NCBI GenBank assembly: GCA_050950825.1
Contig: JBMNIH010000003.1
Location: 96,001-160,000 of the forward strand
DNA: 64,000 nt
DNA from: Clostridia bacterium
GTDB lineage: Bacteria; Bacillota; Clostridia; JAAYHZ01
Reading direction: 5' to 3'
Shown: positions 56,722 through 64,000 of the stretch, in pieces
Position numbering within the stretch: position 1 is the first letter of the stretch
Layout: every line of letters starts with the position of its first letter
The notes under the pieces: model-generated
Told to the model about the DNA's origin: nothing
Database searches by the model: none
Seen by the model: the letters and a program-made list of their open reading frames with translations, nothing else
Made by a program: the position numbers and the translations under genes

Positions 56722-59700
56722 TCAAATCGGTGCACGGTATGTGAAAACGGGATCAACGGAAAACAAAACGTCTCCTTCTCTGCAGAAAAAAGGATAAAAG
56801 GTCATAAAGGATTTGCCGTCCCGTATGATAAAGCCGGGGTCCGCATCCCCGATATCCAAAAGAAGCGTATCTTCCTTCGGATAAACGTCTTGAATCCGGA
56901 ATGCAAAGGTGGTGTGATCCGGAAAATGAACGATTACGGTTTGTCCCTTCAAATCCGGTGTTTTCATGAAAGGAACCTCGAAACCGTTTACCGAATCGTT
57001 TCGTGCCTTGGATAATACGTTTAGGATTTTTCCGCAAATTCTTTTGCTTTCCGCATAGACCTTATCCGATATTTTAACGGATGCTCCCAAGCACCGGATA
57101 ACCGCTTCCTTTCCTTCCGTTATCCTGACAAATCCCTGTTGTCCGCAAAATTCAATTCCCTCCACACAAGCCTTCAAATCCTCCCGGTATGCGCTGAATA
57201 CATAATCCGTAAAGCCTTCTCCTTCCACCTTCACGATCGCATCGAAGGGATGCGTTCCTTCCGAATGCAATCTTTCCGCCTTTACAATCCTTCCGACTTG
57301 TTTTTCATCGAAGGGCTCGATAACATGTACAAAAACCGATTCCAAGTCCTCTCCTTCTCTTCTTAACACAAGCTTGTCCATGGTATAAAGGTCGGCGGTG
57401 TCGTTGTGGTCCAAGTAAAAGCTTTGCCTTGTCAGCCGCATGGACGGAGCCTTACCGATATACAAGGTTCCGTCGGTTTTGACTCCGTGGATGATAAGGC
57501 CGCATCCTTTATGAGAGTCTTCCGTTAAGGCGGTAAGGATACGGTAAGGCTCGTCCCGAAGCCGGACAAACTTCACATCATGAACGTGCATGTAGGCATG
57601 GTAGTGGCCTTGTGCATTTCCTTTGTACAATTCCTCTTTCGGCTTTTCGTACCGAACCCCTTCGGGAAGCAGAGTCTTCGACGTACCGGTAAAACCGGGC
57701 ATACACTCCGTGGCCGTATCGTAATCGGCACAGAGGTTCAAAGCGTATTCGTGGCGGGATCCGCCTTTAACGCGGAAAATATCGAGTATGTAGCAGGAGG
57801 ACTCTTCCATAGGAATCAAAAGGGCTTCCCGATCGTAAACCTTCGTTTCTTCATAGCAGCGAGAATCTTCGATTCGTATCGCGCTTCCGTTTTTTCCTCC
57901 TTGGCAATACCTTAAGAAATTTCCTCCGAAAGTGTTTTTATCCGATTCGTTACCGTTTACCGTAACGGTATTGTGGGCCAAGGTGGAGGTCGTCCAAGCT
58001 CGGTTGTACGTATGGGTGTACCCGATATCCGGCAAAAGCTCCGCATTCTTTGCGTAGAGGTTGATATTCAAAGCATCCCAGTGATGGTGCCCGTATTTCG
58101 GAGAGTCGTACATCAGAAGCTGCACCGGATCTTGAGAGTCTTCATTGGTAATCCGTGCAATTTTTGCGGCCGGGAAAAGGAAGGGCTCGGATTCGCATCC
58201 TCTTTCTATGGCGTACGAGGAATGGGTGTCTTGTAGCCCCACGATGCGGCCGTCCGGATAGAGGAAAAGCTTGGATAGCTCTTGTGACTTTTTTAAAACG
58301 GGATAGAGATTCAAAAAGTCGTAGTTATCGATTCTCTCACCGCTTCCGGGATATCGATAGCCTTCCGGGTCGGAATACCCCTGCAGCATGGAAAGCGCTC
58401 GCAAAAGGCCTTTTGTTATGGCGGCATGGTAAGATACGGTAACCTCGTACCAAAAGCCGTCGGAAAAATAGAAGCGCTTGATAAACCGATCGATGCGCTC
58501 ACAAGCCATGTGAACGTATTCCGGCTTGTTCAGCGCTTTCCCGATTCGTATCAACCCGTCCCAAACGGCAAAGTCCATGTTGGTGTTTTGAATGCCGTAG
58601 GAAAAGCTAAAGTCCAAGCCTTCCTCGATCATGCTCCAAACCTCTTTTTCTACGTCCTTCCCGGATTCCTTGGACAATTGCTCGAAAGCGTCCGTTTTCA
58701 CCGCTTCCGCATAGGCTTCTACAAGCCCTGCAATCCGAGGCAGGTCGCTGTAAAACCATTCGCTCCAAAAGCCTCCGTAATACGGGTAGGGAGGTCCTTG
58801 GGTCAAGGCCATGGGGTATTTTACGCTGTAGTAGTTGTTATAGGGTTCGTAATAGGGGTACCGATCGGCAAGCTTCGCCAAAACCCGTGCCGCACCGGCA
58901 GGATCCTTTTTCGCCGTTTCGGGAAGCTTTTTGCAAAGATACGCCCTTTGGGCCGCCCACAAAGCCGCCGATAAAAAGCATTTGGTCCCGTTTGGCGCAA
59001 GGTAATAAGGGTAACCGATTTTTTTGCCGAATCGGGTGTAAAACTCGTATTGCTTATCTTCGGGAAAATCCGGATGGGGATATTCATCCTTTGTTTTTTG
59101 AGAGCGAATTTTATGAGGGCTTGAAAAATCGTATTCGAAAAGACCGTACGCCCGAAGCTCCGGGAATTTCGGATCGTGGGTATCCTCCATTCCCCCGTAG
59201 GGCGGAACGATGTCTTCTAAAGCTTTGGCTTCTTCACTGACAAGGGAGAAATCGACTTTTGCTTTCTCCTTCGGCTCCCCTTCTTCTTTTCGGTAATCCT
59301 TGATCAAATGCCTTCGGTCGATATAAAATAAAAATTCCTCCGAGCCTTTCACCGATTGCAGCTTGTAAAAGCCTTCTTCTTTTACGGGAGGATGGCAAAA
59401 AGAAATATGAATTCGGTCGTCTTTCTCTTCAAAGGAAGGACACAAGTCCGTCCTTTCCCCCGTTGGTGTTTCCCAGCAGAAGGAAAAATCGGGATCCAAA
59501 GACCCCTTGGGTACGGACAGCCTCCTTTGATTGAATCCTACGGTTTCGATCCTTGCGTTAAGCTCCGAAACGTGTTCATTCGGCCGGTCTACAAAACGTA
59601 TGTCGGCAAAGGCCTTCGGATTCTCGTTCAAGTATATGTACACTTTCCCCGCTTCGTCCTCGATAAAAAATCCGTGCCGTAACGGAAACAAGGACATCAC

Positions 59701-60183
59701 GGGACCGTTTTTCCAATCGATTCGAAACACATTGATTTGAAATCGGTTCCAATCCGTCTTCAATTCCTCTAAAGGAATCAAAACGAATGCCTTCGTCCCT
59801 TCGGAAGAGGCGGTAAAGGTTACGGAATGCTTCGGCTGCATCGATTGCTCCGTCGGATAAAAACCGAGATTCGTAATTGTCTCTCCTTCGTAGTTTACGG
59901 GGATTTTGTAAAGAAGGTCCGTATCTTGGGACCGGATGTAAACGACGTGGCTTTGCCGGAAAGGTTTTTCCAAGCCTTTTTCGTACAAAAGCTCCAAAAC
60001 CAAATGACGGTCCGTTTTCAGCATCTTCAGACGGTCTTTTACCTCCGCCTTTTCCCCGGAATACATCTTAAAGCTTATACCCAAGCTTGGAGAATCGTTC
60101 AGATCTTCCGGAACGGGGTCGCGGCCAAAAAGATCCTTTCGTTCAAGGCACCAAAAAGGTCCGGTAAAATGAGGAATCAACAT
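56722..60183 (-). CDS. Heparinase II/III-family polysaccharide lyase-like protein
   Basis: FSDGFWYEVTVSYH; YGHHHWDALNINLYA..ELLPDIGY..W..STLAHNTVTVNG; YILDIFRVKGG..HEY; no signal peptide. Confidence 0.8.
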   Translation of the reverse strand: MLIPHFTGPFWCLERKDLFGRDPVPEDLNDSPSLGISFKMYSGEKAEVKDRLKMLKTDRHLVLELLYEKGLEKPFRQSHVVYIRSQDTDLLYKIPVNYEGETITNLGFYPTEQSMQPKHSVTFTASSEGTKAFVLIPLEELKTDWNRFQINVFRIDWKNGPVMSLFPLRHGFFIEDEAGKVYIYLNENPKAFADIRFVDRPNEHVSELNARIETVGFNQRRLSVPKGSLDPDFSFCWETPTGERTDLCPSFEEKDDRIHISFCHPPVKEEGFYKLQSVKGSEEFLFYIDRRHLIKDYRKEEGEPKEKAKVDFSLVSEEAKALEDIVPPYGGMEDTHDPKFPELRAYGLFEYDFSSPHKIRSQKTKDEYPHPDFPEDKQYEFYTRFGKKIGYPYYLAPNGTKCFLSAALWAAQRAYLCKKLPETAKKDPAGAARVLAKLADRYPYYEPYNNYYSVKYPMALTQGPPYPYYGGFWSEWFYSDLPRIAGLVEAYAEAVKTDAFEQLSKESGKDVEKEVWSMIEEGLDFSFSYGIQNTNMDFAVWDGLIRIGKALNKPEYVHMACERIDRFIKRFYFSDGFWYEVTVSYHAAITKGLLRALSMLQGYSDPEGYRYPGSGERIDNYDFLNLYPVLKKSQELSKLFLYPDGRIVGLQDTHSSYAIERGCESEPFLFPAAKIARITNEDSQDPVQLLMYDSPKYGHHHWDALNINLYAKNAELLPDIGYTHTYNRAWTTSTLAHNTVTVNGNESDKNTFGGNFLRYCQGGKNGSAIRIEDSRCYEETKVYDREALLIPMEESSCYILDIFRVKGGSRHEYALNLCADYDTATECMPGFTGTSKTLLPEGVRYEKPKEELYKGNAQGHYHAYMHVHDVKFVRLRDEPYRILTALTEDSHKGCGLIIHGVKTDGTLYIGKAPSMRLTRQSFYLDHNDTADLYTMDKLVLRREGEDLESVFVHVIEPFDEKQVGRIVKAERLHSEGTHPFDAIVKVEGEGFTDYVFSAYREDLKACVEGIEFCGQQGFVRITEGKEAVIRCLGASVKISDKVYAESKRICGKILNVLSKARNDSVNGFEVPFMKTPDLKGQTVIVHFPDHTTFAFRIQDVYPKEDTLLLDIGDADPGFIIRDGKSFMTFYPFFCREGDVLFSVDPVFTYRAPI

Positions 60184-60447
60184 ATCGGTATCCTCCTGAC
60201 ACAGTTGTCTTTTCCACCATTATGATTGAAATTTCGATTGTTAGCAACGAAAATCACAAAAAAAGAAAGCCGATGCGCTATTCCTAAAATAAAAGTAACT
60301 TATTGCATATGATTGGATATATATAAAGGAGGCCCATATATAAAAAGTTTAGTGCTTACGCTTTCATTTTACGGAACCTGTCGAAAAATACAATCATTCC
60401 GAAAGACATAAACCTTTTCTTTTTGTCCGGTTTTTATATATCACAAA

Positions 60448-60482
60448 AGCCGCTTTAAAACCCTTCGGCTCGTAAAGCGGCT
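60448..60482 (-). terminator. Intrinsic terminator after hcp
   Basis: AGCCGCTTTA-N15-TAAAGCGGCT followed by TTT on the - strand. Confidence 0.7.
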
Positions 60483-60509
60483 CCTTTTCTCGTTATTAAT
60501 CTAAATCCC

Positions 60510-62150
60510 TTATCCCATAAACTTTACAAGATCCTCTTCCGGGTCGGATATGGTGCTTATACCGAAAATATCCGTCAGCACCTTGGCCACATCCGGTGAC
60601 AAGAAGGCCGGAAGGGTGGGTCCTAGCTTGATGTTCTTCACTCCCAAATACAGAAGAGCCAGAAGAACGATGACGGCCTTTTGTTCGTACCAAGCGATGT
60701 TGTACGCGATGGGAAGATCGTTAACGTCGTTCAGCTCGAAAACTTCCTTTAATTTCAAAGCAATCAGCGCCAAGGAGTAGGAATCGTTGCACTGACCTGC
60801 ATCCAACACTCTCGGGATACCTCCGATATCGCCTAAGTCCAATTTGTTGTAGCGGTATTTTGCGCAGCCGGCCGTCAAGATGACCGTGTCCTTCGGAAGC
60901 CGTTGTGCAAACTCGGTATAATAGGATCGGGACTTCATTCTGCCGTCGCATCCCGCCATTACGAAGAATTTCTTGATGGCACCGGTCTTAACCGCTTCCA
61001 CCACCTTATCCGCCAAAGCGAATACTTGGGCGTGGGCAAAGCCGCCGACGATGGTACCGGTTTCAATTTCTTGCGGGGGTGCCAATCTTTTCGCATGTTC
61101 GATTACGGGAACGAAATTCTTAACCCCGTTTTCGTCTTCTTCAATCCGTTTGCAGCCGGGATATCCGGTTACGCCGGTGGTATAGATACGGTCGATATGC
61201 TCCTTTTTCGGCGGCACCATACAGTTGGTGGTAAACACAATAGGTCCGTTAAAGGATTCGAATTCTTCCTTTTGCTTCCACCATGCATTTCCGTAGTTCC
61301 CGACAAAGTGCTTGTACTTTTTAAATGCCGGGTAGTAGTGAGCAGGCAACATTTCGCCGTGGGTATACACGTCCACTCCCGTCCCTTCCGTCTGTTCAAG
61401 GAGCTGTTCCAAATCCTTCAGGTCGTGGCCGGTAATCAAAATCGCCGGATTGCTTCTCACGCCGATATTGACTTTGGTGATTTCGGGATTTCCGTAAGTC
61501 CCGGTATTGGCTTCATCCAGCAGCGCCATAACCTCCACGCCGTATTTTCCGGTTTCCAAGGTAAGCGCAATCAAAGGATCCGTACCCAACGTATCGTCCA
61601 ATGTAGCGGATAACGCTTTTATCATAAAGGAATAGATTTCCTTCTTTTCTTTTCCCAAATTCAATGCATGGACCGCATAAGCAGCCATACCTTTTAATCC
61701 GTATACGATCAATTCTCTCAGCGAACGGATATTTACGTCTTTTGTTGCCAAAACACCTACGGTTTCCGCTTTCTTTTGCATTTCTTCTTTGGAGTTACCG
61801 GTCCAAAGGGCCGCATCGTGCAAACCGGCAAAGCTTACGCCTTCTTTTTCCCATTCCCCTTTGATTTTTTCTCTCAATGCCAAGCCTTCCTTGACGTATT
61901 CCAAAATGGCGTCTTCGTCAAAATTGGCATTGGTGATGGTGGTAAAGAGTCCTTTGATGATAAAATGCTCCGCTTCGGGAGACCTTAGTCCTTTCCTTTC
62001 TCCTTCTCTTAATACAAGAGCCAAACCCTTCACGGTATAGATCAAAAGGTCCTGCGCTCCGGATGTCGGCGCGTCTTTTCCGCAAACTCCTTTTAAAGTA
62101 CACCCGGTCCCCTTTGCCGCTTCTTGACACTGATAACAAAACATACTCAT
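60510..62150 (-). CDS. hcp: Hybrid-cluster protein (hydroxylamine/NO reductase)
   Basis: MFCYQCQE...C...GVCGK; TGHDL; [10 protein letters not shown]; AGCDG; DAGQCNDSY; AWYEQKA. Confidence 0.97.
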   Translation of the reverse strand: MSMFCYQCQEAAKGTGCTLKGVCGKDAPTSGAQDLLIYTVKGLALVLREGERKGLRSPEAEHFIIKGLFTTITNANFDEDAILEYVKEGLALREKIKGEWEKEGVSFAGLHDAALWTGNSKEEMQKKAETVGVLATKDVNIRSLRELIVYGLKGMAAYAVHALNLGKEKKEIYSFMIKALSATLDDTLGTDPLIALTLETGKYGVEVMALLDEANTGTYGNPEITKVNIGVRSNPAILITGHDLKDLEQLLEQTEGTGVDVYTHGEMLPAHYYPAFKKYKHFVGNYGNAWWKQKEEFESFNGPIVFTTNCMVPPKKEHIDRIYTTGVTGYPGCKRIEEDENGVKNFVPVIEHAKRLAPPQEIETGTIVGGFAHAQVFALADKVVEAVKTGAIKKFFVMAGCDGRMKSRSYYTEFAQRLPKDTVILTAGCAKYRYNKLDLGDIGGIPRVLDAGQCNDSYSLALIALKLKEVFELNDVNDLPIAYNIAWYEQKAVIVLLALLYLGVKNIKLGPTLPAFLSPDVAKVLTDIFGISTISDPEEDLVKFMG

Positions 62151-62230
62151 ATCTCAACCTCCGTATATATAAAATTGCTTTTTTCATTGCGAATTCACGT
62201 GTATTATACCGGTCAAAAGGATTCGAATAT

Positions 62231-62244
62231 GTAACAGATGTTAC
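62231..62244. promoter_or_regulatory. HcpR (Crp/Fnr) binding site upstream of hcp
   Basis: Palindrome GTAAC-AGAT-GTTAC, matching the clostridial HcpR2-type GTAAC-N4-(G/C)TTAC motif, upstream of a TATAAT -10 at ~62203-62208 with a poor -35. Confidence 0.8.
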
Positions 62245-62260
62245 CGTTAACCGAAAAATG

Positions 62261-62291
62261 AAGGCGCCGCTTCTTTGAGAAACGACGCCTT
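62261..62291 (-). terminator. Hairpin after hcpR
   Basis: AAGGCGTCG...CGGCGCCTT on the - strand. Confidence 0.5.
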
Positions 62292-62297
62292 ATCGGG

Positions 62298-62987
62298 TCA
62301 AATATATGATTTTAATGCTTCCAAGTCATTGATTTTAAAGGAGGATCGGTAGAAGTCGATCAGGCCTTCCTCCTTCATTTTCATAAGCTCTCTCGACAAA
62401 GAAGGCCGAGCCACGTTCAGAAAATCCGCCAGTTCGTTACGCTTCATGGGCGTAACGAAGTATGTTTGCTGTGTTTGTTCATATTTTTCCAAAAGATACG
62501 TACTGATCTTGGATCGTATGCTTTTTATGGTAAGATAATCTACCCTTTTGTTTAAATCCAACGCCTTTCCCGCAACGATATGCAGCATGTTTTGAATGAG
62601 CTGTTTATGGTTGATGCACTGGTTGGCGCAATTACCGGTCATTCTTGCTGCGGATAAAAACATGACGGTACAGTCGGTAACGGCGGAGACGGAAGCATAC
62701 CATATGCTGGTGCCGGAGAAAGCAAAAATCTCTCCGAACAATTCGCCTACGCCCAGCTTCGAAAGAATCACTCTTTCCCCTGCGGCGTTTTCCTTGCTGA
62801 CCAAAACCTCGCCTTCCAATACGATCCCCGGTCCCTTGCATTCGCCGTTTTCAATGATCAGGTATTCCCCTTTTTTGTAATTGAGAATTTGCGGCTTTAT
62901 ACATTGAAGCAGTGCACGGATTTCGTCTTTATCCATTTTGTCAAACAACGGCACCGTATTTAATATGTCAAGCCATTTTTCATACAT
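62298..62987 (-). CDS. hcpR: Crp/Fnr family regulator HcpR
   Basis: cNMP-like domain GELFGE; CANQC..H motif; HTH RNELADFLNVARPSLSRELMKMKEEGLI; adjacent to hcp. Confidence 0.88.
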   Translation of the reverse strand: MYEKWLDILNTVPLFDKMDKDEIRALLQCIKPQILNYKKGEYLIIENGECKGPGIVLEGEVLVSKENAAGERVILSKLGVGELFGEIFAFSGTSIWYASVSAVTDCTVMFLSAARMTGNCANQCINHKQLIQNMLHIVAGKALDLNKRVDYLTIKSIRSKISTYLLEKYEQTQQTYFVTPMKRNELADFLNVARPSLSRELMKMKEEGLIDFYRSSFKINDLEALKSYI

Positions 62988-63082
62988 GTTTTCCTCCGAA
63001 TATCTCTTGTAAAAAGTATCGCATAAGCTTAAGACTCAAAAATGATTATACCACAAGCGAATTCAAATAAAAGAGCGAACTT

Positions 63083-63991
63083 TTATTCCAGCGTGATAAA
63101 CTCTACGCCGTTTAACAGCAAAAATTCGATGATCATCGGCAGAATGGCGACCGTCTCGGGGGTTTCGTGAAGAAGATAAATCCCTCCGTAGGGCATCGCT
63201 TCGGTTATGTACTTCATGATTTCTTCTCCGGTTTTGTTGTTCCAATCCGCCGGATCCTTGTTCCACAAAACCGTTTTCATCTCGGCCTCCTTCAGAATCC
63301 CGTCCAATTCTTCCGTGTAGTTCCCAAAAGGCGGCCTGTAAAACTTGGGCTTGACCCCTGTAACCTGCTCGATGATTTCGTTGGTTCGCACCACTTCTTG
63401 TTTTTGCTCATCGTAAGTCATGGCGGACATATCACGGTGGGAATAGCCGTGGTTTCCTACCGCGCAGCCGTTTTCCGTTACGTACCTCATGGCCTCGTAG
63501 CGCCCTTGCGTGTGAAGCCCGATAAAGAAGAACAGCCCTTGGACGTTGTACCTGTTTAAAATGTCTACGATCTGTTGAGTATATGCGGACGGACCGTCGT
63601 CAAAGGTCAAAAGAGCATACGATTTCGGAAGATTGTATAAAACGCGGTATCCTTCCGGGTAAGCATACGTTACGGGATCCGCTATTTCTTCCGGAGCCGG
63701 CTCGTCATCCGGTTCCTCGTCCTCTTTTTTATCCTTTTCCTCCGCGGTTAAAATGGCCATGCTTGCACGTTCCGGATTTTCTCCGTTGTAGAAGACGGTG
63801 TCCGGAAGCTCGTCGAAATGCCGTTCTTCCCGCAACAAATCCATATAGGACATGGAAGACAAGGGATATTGGCGGTAAAAATACCTTGCCTCCTTCGTTT
63901 CGTTATGTAAGGATTCCGCATTTTCTTCCTCATACATGAGGTCTTCAATGGAAGCTTCCTCCGCAAAGACGGCTTCTTCTCTTTCATTCAT
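63083..63991 (-). CDS. Polysaccharide deacetylase (CE4/NodB); true 5' end may lie beyond the window
   Basis: LTFDDGP; GNHGYSH; YRPPFG; DPADW; LLHE. Confidence 0.9.
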   Translation of the reverse strand: MNEREEAVFAEEASIEDLMYEEENAESLHNETKEARYFYRQYPLSSMSYMDLLREERHFDELPDTVFYNGENPERASMAILTAEEKDKKEDEEPDDEPAPEEIADPVTYAYPEGYRVLYNLPKSYALLTFDDGPSAYTQQIVDILNRYNVQGLFFFIGLHTQGRYEAMRYVTENGCAVGNHGYSHRDMSAMTYDEQKQEVVRTNEIIEQVTGVKPKFYRPPFGNYTEELDGILKEAEMKTVLWNKDPADWNNKTGEEIMKYITEAMPYGGIYLLHETPETVAILPMIIEFLLLNGVEFITLE

Positions 63992-64000
63992 ATCAAGGGA

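Noticed and set aside
56462-56725. 88-aa N-terminal extension of the GGDEF ORF
   Set aside because: It spans a terminator hairpin and AT-rich promoter region; the RBS supports ATG 56461.
24347-62150. Many 60-275 aa + strand ORFs overlapping flagellar, che, lyase and hcp genes
   Set aside because: Antisense to well-supported genes, with no RBS or recognisable motifs.

Overview
The window comes from a low-GC Gram-positive bacterium, probably Clostridia-type (Bacillota). About 44 kb (9.4-53.6 kb, almost all on the - strand) is a near-complete motility island. It holds a long class II flagellar operon (cheY-flgBC-fliEFGHIJ-motE-fliK-flgDE-flbD-motAB-fliLMYOPQR-flhBA-fliA), a sigma28-type operon (flgFG-flgMN-flgKL-DUF6470), three tandem flagellins with their own sigma28 promoters, and fliDST. 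An apparently intact 1957-bp IS with TIRs and a 6-bp TSD sits just upstream of fliD. A cheA-cheW-mcp-cheR-cheB cassette and two HD-GYP genes are interleaved with two paralogous XRE regulators. The left flank is a carbohydrate-utilisation locus (GH141-like beta-helix enzyme, AraC, solute-binding lipoprotein, beta-propeller lipoprotein, unknown enzyme). The right flank has an orphan CpsD/CapB tyrosine kinase, a GGDEF-TetR pair, a heparinase II/III-like lyase, hcp with hcpR and its binding site, and a polysaccharide deacetylase. The most interesting unexplained signals are: (i) a conserved two-part RNA leader on all three flagellins (an AAGGYGCY-loop hairpin plus CsrA-like sites, although csrA/fliW are absent here); (ii) twin palindromic operators over the class II flagellar promoters facing a duplicated XRE regulator; (iii) a self-contained ~100-nt transcription unit encoding a 14-aa Cys-rich peptide behind a TetR-like operator. 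All calls were made by eye from motifs and gene order; no database searches were run.
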